DNA from: Paragordius varius
Lineage: Eukaryota; Animalia; Nematomorpha
Direction of reading: 5' to 3'
Length of the DNA stretch: 64,000 bases
Assembly: GCA_964247055.1 (NCBI GenBank)
Contig: OZ176053.1
Span: 13,950,001 to 14,014,000, forward strand
A model generated the notes under the pieces. The model was given only the letters and a program-made list of their open reading frames with translations, was not told where the DNA came from and did not search any database. Shown one piece after another: positions 11,801 to 27,223 of the stretch. Every line of letters starts with the position of its first letter. The stretch's first letter is position 1. A program made the translations under genes and the position numbers.

Positions 11801-13985
11801 AAATCGTATAAAATAAATTTTTTAAATATTTAAAAAATTCAAAAAAATTACATTTATACTCCGATCTCGACAATATTTGGGGTGATGATGGAATTACCAT
11901 AGGGCTACCCAAAAAAAATTATGGTGACATCACCTGATCAAATTTGGATTTTAGGTAGCCATTTTTATTTCTAAAATCAAAAATAAATTTTTTAAATATT
12001 TAAAAAATTCATAAAAATTACATTTATACTCCGATCTCGAAAATATTTTAGGTGATGATGGAACTACCATAGGGCTACCCAAAAAAAATTATGGCGACAT
12101 CACCTGATGAAATTTAAATTTTAGGTAGCCATTTTTATTTTTAAAATCGTATAAAATAAATTTTTAAAATATTTAAAAAATTCATAAAAATTACATTTAA
12201 AGTCCGATCTCAAAAATATTTGGGGTTATGATGGAACTACCATAGGGCTACCCAAAAAAAATTATGGTGACATCACCTGATCAAATTTGGATTTTAGGTA
12301 GCCATTTTTATTTTTAAAATCGTATAAAATAAATTTTTTAAATATTTAAAAAATTCATAAAAATTACATTTATACTCCGATCTCGAAAATATTTGAGGTG
12401 ATGATGGAACTACCATAGGGCTACCCAAAAAAATTATGGCGACATCACCTGATGAAATTTAAATTTTAGGTAGCCATTTTTATTTTTAAAATCGTATAAA
12501 ATAAATTTTTTAAATATTTAAAAACTTCATAAAAATTACATTTATAGTCCGATCCCCAAAATATTTGGGGTGATGATGGAACTACCATAGGGCTACCCAA
12601 AAAAAATTATGGCGATATCACCTGATCAAATTTGGATTTTAGGTAGCCATTTTTATTTTTAAAATCGTATAAAATAAATTTTTTAAATATTTAAAAAATT
12701 CATAAAAATTACATTTATACTCCGATCTCGACAATATTTGGGGTGATGATGGAACTACCATAGGGCTACCCAAAAAAAATTATGGCGACATCACCTGATG
12801 AAATTTAAATTTTAGGTAGCCATTTTTATTTTTAAAATCGTATAAAATAAATTTTTTAAATATTTAAAAAATTCATAAAAATTACATTTATACTCCGATC
12901 TCGAAAATATTTGGGGTGATGATGGAACTACCATAGGGCTACCCAAAAAAAATTATGGTGACATCACCTGATAAATTTGGATTTTAGGTAGCCATTTTTA
13001 TTTTTAAAATCGTATAAAATAAATTTTTTAAATATTTAAAAACTTCATAAAAATTACATTTATAGTCCGATCCCCAAAATATTTGGGGTGATGATGGAAC
13101 TACCATAGGGCTACCCAAAAAAAATTATGGCGACATCACCTGATCAAATTTGGATTATAGGTAGCCATTTTTATTTTTAAAATCGTATAAAATAAATTTT
13201 TTAAATATTTAAAAAATTCATAAAAATTACTTTTATACTCCGATCTCGAAAATATTTGGGATGATGATGGAACTACCATAGGGCTACCCAAAAAAAATTA
13301 TGGTGACATCACCTGATCAAATTTGGATTTTAGGTAGCCATTTTTATTTTTAAAATCGTATAAAATAAATTTTTTAAATATTTAAAAAATTCATAAAAAT
13401 TACACTTATACTCCGATCTCTACAATATTTGGGGTGATGATGGAACTACCATAGGGCTACCCAAAAAAAATTATGGTGACATCACCTGATCAAATTTAGA
13501 TTTTAGGTAGCCATTTTTATTTTTAAAATCGTATAAAATAAATTTTTTAAATATTTAAAAAATTCAAAAAAATTACATTTATACTCCGATCTCGACAATA
13601 TTTGGGGTGATGATGGAATTACCATAGGGCTACCCAAAAAAAATTATGGTGACATCACCTGATCAAATTTGGATTTTAGGTAGCCATTTTTATTTCTAAA
13701 ATCAAAAATAAATTTTTTAAATATTTAAAAAATTCATAAAAATTACATTTATACTCCGATCTCGAAAATATTTTAGGTGATGATGGAACTACCATAGGGC
13801 TACCCAAAAAAAATTATGGCGACATCACCTGATGAAATTTAAATTTTAGGTAGCCATTTTTATTTTTAAAATCGTATAAAATAAATTTTTAAAATATTTA
13901 AAAAATTCATAAAAATTACATTTAAAGTCCGATCTCAAAAATATTTGGGGTTATGATGGAACTACCATAGGGCTACCCAAAAAAA
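8811..13985 (+). repeat. 10-monomer HOR, 3 tandem copies of 1,725 bp
   Basis: The private marker ATTTGAGGTG occurs at 8941, 10666 and 12391. Units start at 8811, 10536 and 12261, with the same order of ten variant monomers in each. I saw no differences between copies. Confidence 0.95.
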
Positions 13986-16900
13986 ATTATGGTGACATCA
14001 CCTGATCAAATTTGGATTTTAGGTAGCCATTTTTATTTTTAAAATCGTATAAAATAAATTTTTTAAATATTTAAAAAATTCATAAAAATTACATTTATAC
14101 TCCGATCTCGAAAATATTTGGGGTGATGATGGAACTACCATAGGGCTACTCAAAAAAAATTATGGTGACATCACCTGATCAAATTTGGATTTTAGGTAGC
14201 CATTTTTATTTTTAAAATCGTATAAAATAAATTTTTTAAATAATTAAAAAATTCATAAATATTACATTTATAGTCCGATCCCAAAGTATTTGGGGTGATG
14301 ATGGAACTACCATAGGGCTACCCAAAAAAATTATAGTGACATCACCTGATCAAATTCGGATTTTAGGTAGCCATTTTTATTTTTAATATCGTCTAAAATA
14401 AATTTTTTAAATATTTAAAAAATTCATAAAAATTACATTTATACTCCGATCTCGAAAATATTTGGGGTGATGATGGAACTACCATAGGGCTACCCAAAAA
14501 AATTATAATGACATCACCTGATCAAATTTGGATTTTAGGTAGCCATTTTTATTTTTAAAATCGTATAAAATAAATTTTTTAAATATTTAAAAAATTCATA
14601 AAAATTACATTTATACTCCGATCTCGAAAATATTTGGGGTGATGATGGAACTATCATAGGGCTACCCAAAAAAATTATAGTGACATCACCCGCTCAAATT
14701 TGGATTTTAGGTAGCCATTTTTATTTTTAATATCGTATAAAATAAATTTTTTAAATATTTAAAAAATTCATAATAATTACATTTATACTCCGATCTCGAA
14801 AATATTTGGGGTGATGATGGAACTACCATAGGGCTACCCAAAAAAATTATAATGACATCACCTGATCAAATTTGGATTTTAGGTAGCCATTTTTATTTTT
14901 AAAATCGTATAAAATAAATTTTTTAAATATTTAAAAAATTCATAAAAATTACATTTATACTCCGATCTCGACAATATTTGGGGTGATGATGGAACTACCA
15001 TAGGGCTACCCAAAAAAATTATAATGACATCACCTAATCAAATTTGGATTTTAAGTAGCCATTTTTATTTTTAATATCGTATAAAATAAATTTTTTAAAT
15101 ATTTAAAAAATTCATAAAATTTATACTCCGATCTCGACAATATTTGGGGTGATGATGGAACTACCATAGGGCTACCCAAAAAAATTATAATGACATCACC
15201 TGATCAAATTTGGATTTTAGGTAGCCATTTTTATTTTTAAAATCGTATAAAATAAATTTTTTAAATATTTAAAAAATTCATAAAAATTACATTTATACTC
15301 CGATCTCGAAAATATTTGGGGTGATGATGGAACTACCATAGGGCTACCCAAAAAAAATTATGGTGACATCACCTGATCAAATTTGGATTTTAGGTAGCCA
15401 TTTTTATTTTTAAAATCGTATAAAATAAATTTTTTAAATAATTAAAAAATTCATAAATATTACATTTATAGTCCGATCCCAAAGTATTTGGGGTGATGAT
15501 GGAACTACCATAGGGCTACCCAAAAAAATTATAGTGACATCACCTGATCAAATTCGGATTTTAGGTAGCCATTTTTATTTTTAAAATCGTCTAAAATAAA
15601 TTTTTTAAATATTTAAAAAATTCATAAAAATTACATTTATACTCCGATCTCGAAAATATTTGGGGTGATGATGGAACTACCATAGGGCTACCCAAAAAAA
15701 TTATAATGACATCACCTGATCAAATTTGGATTTTAGGTAGCCATTTTTATTTTTAAAATCGTATAAAATAAATTTTTTAAATATTTAAAAAATTCATAAA
15801 AATTACATTTATACTCCGATCTCGAAAATATTTGGGGTGATGATGGAACTATCATAGGGCTACCCAAAAAAATTATAGTGACATCACCTGCTCAAATTTG
15901 GATTTTAGGTAGCCATTTTTATTTTTAATATCGTATAAAATAAATTTTTTAAATATTTAAAAAATTCATAAAAATTACATTTATACTCCGATCTCGAAAA
16001 TATTTGGGGTGATGATGGAACTACCATAGGGCTACCCAAAAAAATTATAATTACATCACCTGATCAAATTTGGATTTTAGGTAGCCATTTTTATTTTTAA
16101 AATCGTATAAAATAAATTTTTTAAATATTTAAAAAATTCATAAAAATTACATTTATACTCCGATCTCGAAAATATTTGGGGTGATGATGGAACTACCATA
16201 GGGCTACCCAAAAAAAATTATGGTGACATCACCTGATCAAATTTGGATTTTAGGTAGCCATTTTTATTTTTAAAATCGTATAAAATAAATTTTTTAAATA
16301 TTTAAAAAATTCATAAAAATTACATTTATACTCCGATCTCGAAAATATTTGGGGTGATGATGGAACTACCATAGGGCTACCCAAAAAAATTATGGTGACA
16401 TCACCTGATCAAATTTGGATTTTAGTTAGCCATTTTTATTTTTAAAATCGTATAAAATAAATTTCTTAAATATTCAAAAAATTCATAAAAATTACATTTA
16501 TACTCCGATCTCGAAAATATTTGGGGTGATGATGGAACTACCATAGGGCTACCCAAAAAAAATTATGGTGACATCACCTGATCAAATTTGGATTTTAGGT
16601 AGCCATTTTTATTTTTAAAATCGTATAAAATAAATTTTTTAAATATTTAAAAAATTCATAAATATTACATTTATAGTCCGATCCCAAAGTATTTGGGGTG
16701 ATGATGGAACTACCATAGGGCTACCCAAAAAAAATTATGGTGACATAACCTGATCAAATTTGGATTTTAGGTAGCCATTTTTATTTTTAAAATCGTATAA
16801 AATAAATTTTTTAAATATTTAAAAAATTCAAAAAAATTACATTTATACTCCGATCTCGACAATATTTGGGGTGATGATGGAATTACCTTAGGGCTACCCA

Positions 16901-19900
16901 AAAAAAATTATGGTGACATCACCTGATCAAATTTGGATTTTAAGTAGCCATTTTTATTTTTAATATCGTATAAAATAAATTTTTTAAATATTTAAAAAAT
17001 TCATAAAAATTACATTTATACTCCGATCTCGACAATATTTGGGGTGATGATGGAACTACTAGAGGGCTACCCAAAAAAAATTATGGTGACATCACCTGAT
17101 CAAATTTGGATTTTAAGTAGCCATTTTTATTTTTAATATCGTATAAAATAAATTTTTTAAATATTTAAAAAATTCATAAAAATTACATTTATACTCCGAT
17201 CTCGACAATATTTGGGGTGATGATGGAATTACCTTAGGGCTACCCAAAAAAAATTATGGTGACATCACCTGATCAAATTTGGATTTTAAGTAGCCATTTT
17301 TATTTTTAATATCGTATAAAATAAATTTTTTAAATATTTAAAAAATTCATAAAAATTACATTTATACTCCGATCTCGAAAATATTTGGGGTGATGATGGA
17401 ACTACCATAGGGCTACCCAAAAAAAATTATGGTGACATAACCTGATCAAATTTGGATTTTAGGTAGCCATTTTTATTTTTAAAATCGTATAAAATAAATT
17501 TTTTAAATATTTAAAAAATTCAAAAAAATTACATTTATACTCCGATCTCGACAATATTTGGGGTGATGATGGAATTACCTTAGGGCTACCCCAAAAAAAT
17601 TATGGTGACATCACCTGATCAAATTTGGATTTTAAGTAGCCATTTTTATTTTTAATATCGTATAAAATAAATTTTTTAAATATTTAAAAAATTCATAAAA
17701 ATTACATTTATACTCCGATCTCGAAAATATTTGGGGTGATGATGGAACTACCATAGGGCTACCCAAAAAAAATTATGGTGACATAACCTGATCAAATTTG
17801 GATTTTAGGTAGCCATTTTTATTTTTAAAATCGTATAAAATAAATTTTTTAAATATTTAAAAAATTCAAAAAAATTACATTTATACTCCGATCTCGACAA
17901 TATTTGGGGTGATGATGGAATTACCTTAGGGCTACCCCAAAAAAATTATGGTGACATCACCTGATCAAATTTGGATTTTAAGTAGCCATTTTTATTTTTA
18001 AAATCGTATAAAATAAATTTTTTAAATATTTAAAAAATTCATAAAAATTACATTTATACTCCGATCTCGAAAATATTTGGGGTGATGATGGAACTACCAT
18101 AGGGCTACCCAAAAAAAATTATGGTGACATCACCTGATCAAATTTGGATTTTAGGTAGCCATTTTTATTTTTAAAATCGTATAAAATAAATTTTTTAAAT
18201 ATTTAAAAAATTCATAAAAATTACATTTATACTCCGATCTCGAAAATATTTGGGGTGATGATGGAACTACCATAGGGCTACCCAAAAAAATTATGGTGAC
18301 ATCACCTGATCAAATTTGGATTTTAGTTAGCCATTTTTATTTTTAAAATCGTATAAAATAAATTTCTTAAATATTCAAAAAATTCATAAAAATTACATTT
18401 ATACTCCGATCTCGAAAATATTTGGGGTGATGATGGAACTACCATAGGGCTACCCAAAAAAAATTATGGTGACATCACCTGATCAAATTTGGATTTTAGG
18501 TAGCCATTTTTATTTTTAAAATCGTATAAAATAAATTTTTTAAATATTTAAAAAATTCATAAATATTACATTTATAGTCCGATCCCAAAGTATTTGGGGT
18601 GATGATGGAACTACCATAGGGCTACCCAAAAAAAATTATGGTGACATAACCTGATCAAATTTGGATTTTAGGTAGCCATTTTTATTTTTAAAATCGTATA
18701 AAATAAATTTTTTAAATATTTAAAAAATTCAAAAAAATTACATTTATACTCCGATCTCGACAATATTTGGGGTGATGATGGAATTACCTTAGGGCTACCC
18801 AAAAAAAATTATGGTGACATCACCTGATCAAATTTGGATTTTAAGTAGCCATTTTTATTTTTAATATCGTATAAAATAAATTTTTTAAATATTTAAAAAA
18901 TTCATAAAAATTACATTTATACTCCGATCTCGACAATATTTGGGGTGATGATGGAACTACTAGAGGGCTACCCAAAAAAAATTATGGTGACATCACCTGA
19001 TCAAATTTGGATTTTAAGTAGCCATTTTTATTTTTAATATCGTATAAAATAAATTTTTTAAATATTTAAAAAATTCATAAAAATTACATTTATACTCCGA
19101 TCTCGACAATATTTGGGGTGATGATGGAATTACCTTAGGGCTACCCAAAAAAAATTATGGTGACATCACCTGATCAAATTTGGATTTTAAGTAGCCATTT
19201 TTATTTTTAATATCGTATAAAATAAATTTTTTAAATATTTAAAAAATTCATAAAAATTACATTTATACTCCGATCTCGAAAATATTTGGGGTGATGATGG
19301 AACTACCATAGGGCTACCCAAAAAAAATTATGGTGACATAACCTGATCAAATTTGGATTTTAGGTAGCCATTTTTATTTTTAAAATCGTATAAAATAAAT
19401 TTTTTAAATATTTAAAAAATTCAAAAAAATTACATTTATACTCCGATCTCGACAATATTTGGGGTGATGATGGAATTACCTTAGGGCTACCCCAAAAAAA
19501 TTATGGTGACATCACCTGATCAAATTTGGATTTTAAGTAGCCATTTTTATTTTTAAAATCGTATAAAATAAATTTTTTAAATATTTAAAAAATTCATAAA
19601 AATTACATTTATACTCCGATCTCGAAAATATTTGGGGTGATGATGGAACTACCATAGGGCTACCCAAAAAAAATTATGGTGACATCACCTGATCAAATTT
19701 GGATTTTAGGTAGCCATTTTTATTTTTAAAATCGTATAAAATAAATTTTTTAAATATTTAAAAAATTCATAAAAATTACATTTATACTCCGATCTCGAAA
19801 ATATTTGGGGTGATGATGGAACTACCATAGGGCTACCCAAAAAAATTATGGTGACATCACCTGATCAAATTTGGATTTTAGGTAGCCATTTTTATTTTTA

Positions 19901-22900
19901 AAATCGTATAAAATAAATTTTTTAAATATTTAAAAAATTCATAAAAATTACATTTATACTCCGATCTCGAAAATATCTTAGGTGATGATGGAACTACCAT
20001 AGGGCTACCCAAAAAAAATTATGGCGACATAACCTGATGAAATTTGGATTTTAGGTAGCCATTTTTATTTTTAAAATCGTATAAAATAAATTTTTTAAAT
20101 AATTAAAAAATTCATAAATATTACATTTATAGTCCGATCCCAAAGTATTTGGGGTGATGATCGAACTACCATAGGGCTACCCAAAAAAATTATAGTGACA
20201 TCACCTGATCAAATTCGGATTTTAGGTAGCCATTTTTATTTTTAAAATCGTCTAAAATAAATTTTTTAAATATTTAAAAAATTCATAAAAATTACATTTA
20301 TACTCCGATCTCGAAAATATTTGGGGTGATGATGGAACTACCATAGGGCTACCCAAAAAAAATTATGGTGACATCACCTGATCAAATTTGGATTTTAGGT
20401 AGCCATTTTTATTTTTAAAATCGTATAAAATAAATTTTTTAAATAATTAAAAAATTCATAAATATTACATTTATAGTCCGATCCCAAAGTATTTGGGGTG
20501 ATGATGGAACTACCATAGGGCTACGCAAAAAAATTATAGTGACATCACCTGATCAAATTCGGATTTTAGGTAGCCATTTTTATTTTTAAAATCGTCTAAA
20601 ATAAATTTTTTAAATATTTAAAAAATTCATAAAAATTACATTTATACTCCGATCTCGAAAATATTTGGGGTGATGATGGAACTACCATAGGGCTACCCAA
20701 AAAAATTATAATGACATCACCTGATCAAATTTGGATTTTAGGTAGCCATTTTTATTTTTAAAATCGTATAAAATAAATTTTTTAAATATTAAAAAATTCA
20801 TAAAAATTACATTTATACTCCGATCTCGAAAATATTTGGGGTGATGATGGAACTATCATAGGGCTACCCAAAAAAATTATAGTGACATCACCTGCTCAAA
20901 TTTGGATTTTAGGTAGCCATTTTTATTTTTAATATCGTATAAAATAAATTTTTTAAATATTTAAAAAATTCATAAAAATTACATTTATACTCCGATCTCG
21001 AAAATATTTGGGGTGATGATGGAACTACCATAGGGCTACCCAAAAAAATTATAATGACATCACCTGATCAAATTTGGATTTTAGGTAGCCATTTTTATTT
21101 TTAAAATCGTATAAAATAAATTTTTTAAATATTTAAAAAATTCATAAAAATTACATTTATACTCCGATCTCGACAATATTTGGGGTGATGATGGAACTAC
21201 CATAGGGCTACCCAAAAAAATTATAATGACATCACCTGATCAAATTTGGATTTTAAGTAGCCATTTTTATTTTTAATATCGTATAAAATAAATTTTTTAA
21301 ATATTTAAAAAATTCATAAAATTTATACTCCGATCTCGACAATATTTGGGGTGATGATGGAACTACCATAGGGCTACCCAAAAAAATTATAATGACATCA
21401 CCTGATCAAATTTGGATTTTAGGTAGCCATTTTTATTTTTAAAATCGTATAAAATAAATTTTTTAAATATTTAAAAAATTCATAAAAATTACATCTATAC
21501 TCCGATCTCGAAAATATTTGGGGTGATGATGGAACTACCATAGGGCTACCCAAAAAAAATTATGGTGACATCACCTGATCAAATTTGGATTTTAGGTAGC
21601 CATTTTTATTTTTAAAATCGTATAAAATAAATTTTTTAAATATTTAAAAACTTCATAAAAATTACATTTATACTCCGATCTCGAAAATATTTGGGGTGAT
21701 GATGGAACTACCATAGGGCTACCCAAAAAAAATTATGGTGACATCACCTGATCAAATTTGGATTTTAGTTAGCCATTTTTATTTTTAAAATCGTATAAAA
21801 TAAATTTTTTAAATATTTAAAAAATTCATAAAAATTACATTTATACTCCGATCTCGAAAATATTTGGGGTGATGATGGAACTACCATAGGGCTACCCAAA
21901 AAAATTATAATGACATCACCTGATCAAATTTGGATTTTAGGTAGCCATTTTTATTTTTAAAATCGTATAAAATAAATTTTTTAAATATTTAAAAAATTCA
22001 TAAATATTACATTTATAGTCCGATCCCAAAGTATTTGGGGTGATGATGGAACTACCATAGGGCTACCCAAAAAAAATTATGGTGACATAACCTGATCAAA
22101 TTTGGATTTTAGGTAGCCATTTTTATTTTTCAAATCGTATAAAATAAATTTTTTAAATATTTAAAAAATTCATAAAATTTATACTCCGATCTCGACAATA
22201 TTTGGGGTGATGATGGAACTACCATAGGGCTACCCAAAAAAATTATAATGACATCACCTGATCAAATTTGGATTTTAGGTAGCCATTTTTATTTTTAAAA
22301 TCGTATAAAATAAATTTTTTAAATATTTAAAAAATTCATAAAAATTACATTTATACTCCGATCTCGAAAATATTTGGGGTGATGATGGAACTACCATAGG
22401 GCTACCCAAAAAAAATTATGGTGACATCACCTGATCAAATTTGGATTTTAGGTAGCCATTTTTATTTTTAAAATCGTATAAAATAAATTTTTTAAATAAT
22501 TAAAAAATTCATAAATATTACATTTATAGTCCGATCCCAAAGTATTTGGGGTGATGATGGAACTACCATAGGGCTACCCAAAAAAATTATAGTGACATCA
22601 CCTGATCAAATTCGGATTTTAGGTAGCCATTTTTATTTTTAAAATCGTCTAAAATAAATTTTTTAAATATTTAAAAAATTCATAAAAATTACATTTATAC
22701 TCCGATCTCGAAAATATTTGGGGTGATGATGGAACTACCATAGGGCTACCCAAAAAAATTATAATGACATCACCTGATCAAATTTGGATTTTAGGTAGCC
22801 ATTTTTATTTTTAAAATCGTATAAAATAAATTTTTTAAATATTTAAAAAATTCATAAAAATTACATTTATACTCCGATCTCGAAAATATTTGGGGTGATG

Positions 22901-25900
22901 ATGGAACTACCATAGGGCTACCCAAAAAAATTATGGTGACATCACCTGATCAAATTGGGATTTTAGTTAGCCATTTTTATTTTTAAAATCGTATAAAATA
23001 AATTTCTTAAATATTTAAAAAATTCATAAAAATTACATTTATACTCCGATCTCGAAAATATTTGGGGTGATGATGGAACTACCATAGGGCTACCCAAAAA
23101 AAATTATGGTGACATCACCTGATCAAATTTGGATTTTAGGTAGCCATTTTTATTTTTAAAATCGTATAAAATAAATTTTTTAAATATTTAAAAAATTCAT
23201 AAATATTACATTTATAGTCCGATCCCAAAGTATGGTGATGATGGAACTACCATAGGGCTACCCAAAAAAAATTATGGTGACATAACCTGATCAAATTTGG
23301 ATTTTAGGTAGCCATTTTTATTTTTAAAATCGTATAAAATAAATTTTTTAAATATTTAAAAAATTCAAAAAAATTACATTTATACTCCGATCTCGACAAT
23401 ATTTGGGGTGATGATGGAATTACCATAGGGCTACCCAAAAAAAATTATGGTGACATCACCTGATCAAATTTGGATTTTAGGTAGCCATTTTTATTTTTAA
23501 AATCGTATAAAATAAATTTTTTAAATATTTAAAAAATTCATAAAAATTACATTTATACTCCGATCTCGAAAATATCTTAGGTGATGATGGAACTACCATA
23601 GGGCTACCCAAAAAAAATTATGGCGACATCACCTGATGAAATTTGGATTTTAGGTAGCCATTTTTATTTTTAAAATCGTATAAAATAAATTTTTTAAATA
23701 ATTAAAAAATTCATAAATATTACATTGATAGTCCGATCCCAAAGTATTTGGGGTGATGATCGAACTACCATAGGGCTACCCAAAAAAATTATAGTGACAT
23801 CACCTGATCAAATTCGGATTTTAGGTAGCCATTTTTATTTTTAAAATCGTCTAAAATAAATTTTTTAAATATTTAAAAAATTCATAAAAATTACATTTAT
23901 ACTCCGATCTCGAAAATATTTGGGGTGATGATGGAACTACCATAGGGCTACCCAAAAAAAATTATGGTGACATCACCTGATCAAATTTGGATTTTAGGTA
24001 GCCATTTTTATTTTTAAAATCGTATAAAATAAATTTTTTAAATAATTAAAAAATTCATAAATATTACATTTATAGTCCGATCCCAAAGTATTTGGGGTGA
24101 TGATGGAACTACCATAGGGCTACGCAAAAAAATTATAGTGACATCACCTGATCAAATTCGGATTTTAGGTAGCCATTTTTATTTTTAAAATCGTCTAAAA
24201 TAAATTTTTTAAATATTTAAAAAATTCATAAAAATTACATTTATACTCCGATCTCGAAAATATTTGGGGTGATGATGGAACTACCATAGGGCTACCCAAA
24301 AAAATTATAATGACATCACCTGATCAAATTTGGATTTTAGGTAGCCATTTTTATTTTTAAAATCGTATAAAATAAATTTTTTAAATATTAAATAATTCAT
24401 AAAAATTACATTTATACTCCGATCTCGAAAATATTTGGGGTGATGATGGAACTATCATAGGGCTACCCAAAAAAATTATAGTGACATCACCTGCTCAAAT
24501 TTGGATTTTAGGTAGCCATTTTTATTTTTAATATCGTATAAAATAAATTTTTTAAATATTTAAAAAATTCATAAAAATTACATTTATACTCCGATCTCGA
24601 AAATATTTGGGGTGATGATGGAACTACCATAGGGCTACCCAAAAAAATTATAATGACATCACCTGATCAAATTTGGATTTTAGGTAGCCATTTTTATTTT
24701 TAAAATCGTATAAAATAAATTTTTTAAATATTTAAAAAATTCATAAAAATTACATTTATACTCCGATCTCGACAATATTTGGGGTGATGATGGAACTACC
24801 ATAGGGCTACCCAAAAAAATTATAATGACATCACCTGATCAAATTTGGATTTTAACTAGCCATTTTTATTTTTAATATCGTATAAAATAAATTTTTTAAA
24901 TATTTAAAAAATTCATAAAATTTATACTCCGATCTCGACAATATTTGGGGTGATGATGGAACTACCATAGGGCTACCCAAAAAAATTATAATGACATCAC
25001 CTGATCAAATTTGGATTTTAGGTAGCCATTTTTATTTTTAAAATCGTATAAAATAAATTTTTTAAATATTTAAAAAATTCATAAAAATTACATTTATACT
25101 CCGATCTCGAAAATATTTGGGGTGATGATGGAACTACCATAGGGCTACCCAAAAAAAATTATGGTGACATCACCTGATCAAATTTGGATTTTAGGTAGCC
25201 ATTTTTATTTTTAAAATCGTATAAAATAAATTTTTTAAATAATTAAAAAATTCATAAATATTACATTTATAGTCCGATCCCAAAGTATTTGGGGTGATGA
25301 TGGAACTACCATAGGGCTACCCAAAAAAATTATAGTGACATCACCTGATCAAATTCGGATTTTAGGTAGCCATTTTTATTTTTAAAATCGTCTAAAATAA
25401 ATTTTTTAAATATTTAAAAAATTCATAAAAATTACATTTATACTCCGATCTCGAAAATATTTGGGGTGATGATGGAACTACCATAGGGCTACCCAAAAAA
25501 ATTATAATGACATCACCTGATCAAATTTGGATTTTAGGTAGCCATTTTTATTTTTAAAATCGTATAAAATAAATTTTTTAAATATTTAAAAAATTCATAA
25601 AAATTACATTTATACTCCGATCTCGAAAATATTTGGGGTGATGATGGAACTACCATAGGGCTACCCAAAAAAATTATAATGACATCACCTGATCAAATTT
25701 GGATTTTAGGTAGCCATTTTTATTTTTAAAATCGTATAAAATAAATTTTTTAAATATTTAAAAAATTCATAAAAATTACATTTATACTCCGATCTCGAAA
25801 ATATTTGGGGTGATGATGGAACTACCATAGGGCTACCCAAAAAAAATTATGGTGACATCACCTGATCAAATTTGGATTTTAGGTAGCCATTTTTATTTTT

Positions 25901-27223
25901 AAAATCGTATAAAATAAATTTTTTAAATATTTAAAAAATTCATAAAAATTACATTTATACTCCGATCTCGAAAATATTTGGGGTGATGATGGAACTACCA
26001 TAGGGCTACCCAAAAAAATTATGGTGACATCACCTGATCAAATTGGGATTTTAGTTAGCCATTTTTATTTTTAAAATCGTATAAAATAAATTTCTTAAAT
26101 ATTTAAAAAATTCATAAAAATTACATTTATACTCCGATCTCGAAAATATTTGGGGTGATGATGGAACTACCATAGGGCTACCCAAAAAAAATTATGGTGA
26201 CATCACCTGATCAAATTTGGATTTTAGGTTGCCATTTTTATTTTTAAAATCGTATAAAATAAATTTTTTAAATATTTAAAAAATTCATAAATATTACATT
26301 TATAGTCCGATCCCAAAGTATGGTGATGATGGAACTACCATAGGGCTACCCAAAAAAAATTATGGTGACATAACCTGATCAAATTTGGATTTTAGGTAGC
26401 CATTTTTATTTTTAAAATCGTATAAAATAAATTTTTTAAATATTTGAAAAATTCAAAAAAATTACATTTATACTCCGATCTCGACAATATTTGGGGTGAT
26501 GATGGAATTACCATAGGGCTACCCAAAAAAAATTATGGTGACATCACCTGATCAAATTTGGATTTTAGGTAGCCATTTTTATTTTTAATATCGTATAAAA
26601 TAAATTTTTTAAATATTTAAAAAATTCATAAAAATTACATTTATACTCCGATCTCGACAATATTTGGGGTGATGATGGAACTACTAGAGGGCTACCCAAA
26701 AAAAATTATGGTCACATCACCTGATCAAATTTGGATTTTAAGTAGCCATTTTTATTTTTAATATCGTATAAAATAAATTTTTTAAATATTTAAAAAATTC
26801 ATAAAAATTACATTTATACTCCGATCTCGACAATATTTGGGGTGATGATGGAATTACCTTAGGACTACCCAAAAAAAATTATGGTGACATCACCTGATCA
26901 AATTTGGATTTTAAGTAGCCATTTTTATTTTTAATATCGTATAAAATAAATTTTTTAAATATTTAAAAAATTCATAAAAATTACATTTATACTCCGATCT
27001 CGAAAATATTTGGGGTGATGATGGAACTATTATAGGGCTACCCAAAAAAAATTATGGTGACATCACCTGATCAAATTTGGATTTTAAGTAGCCATTTTTA
27101 TTTTTAAAATCGTATAAAATAAATTTTTTAAATATTTAAAAAATTCATAAAAATTACATTTATACTCCGATCTCGAAAATATTTGGGGTGATGATGGAAC
27201 TACCATAGGGCTACCCAAAAAAA
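13986..27223 (+). repeat. Satellite domain B (first block)
   Basis: Enriched in ATAATGAC/ATAGTGAC starts, AAATAATT, CATAAATATTA, AGTCCGATCCCAAAGTA, AAATTCGG/CGTCTA, CTGCTC, TTTTAAGTAG and the 166-bp monomer carrying a 6-bp deletion (CATAAAATTTATAC). Confidence 0.88.
16217..19672 (+). repeat. 9-monomer HOR, 2 copies; the first is expanded to 11 monomers by an internal dimer duplication
   Basis: Units start at 16217 and 18118. The marker ACTACTAGAGG recurs at a 1,901-bp offset (AGAGG at 17061 and 18962). The first copy has an extra 346-bp monomer pair within 17426-18117. Confidence 0.88.

Larger units (their letters stand above)
1..13985 (+). repeat. Satellite domain A (81 monomers)
   Basis: Enriched in diagnostic variants GGCGAC, CTGATGAAATTTAAA, AGTCCGATCCCC, TTTAAAGTCCGATCTCAAAAA/GGGGTTATG, GGGGTAATG and AAAAACTTC. 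These are rare or absent in 14.0-43.0 kb. Confidence 0.9.
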
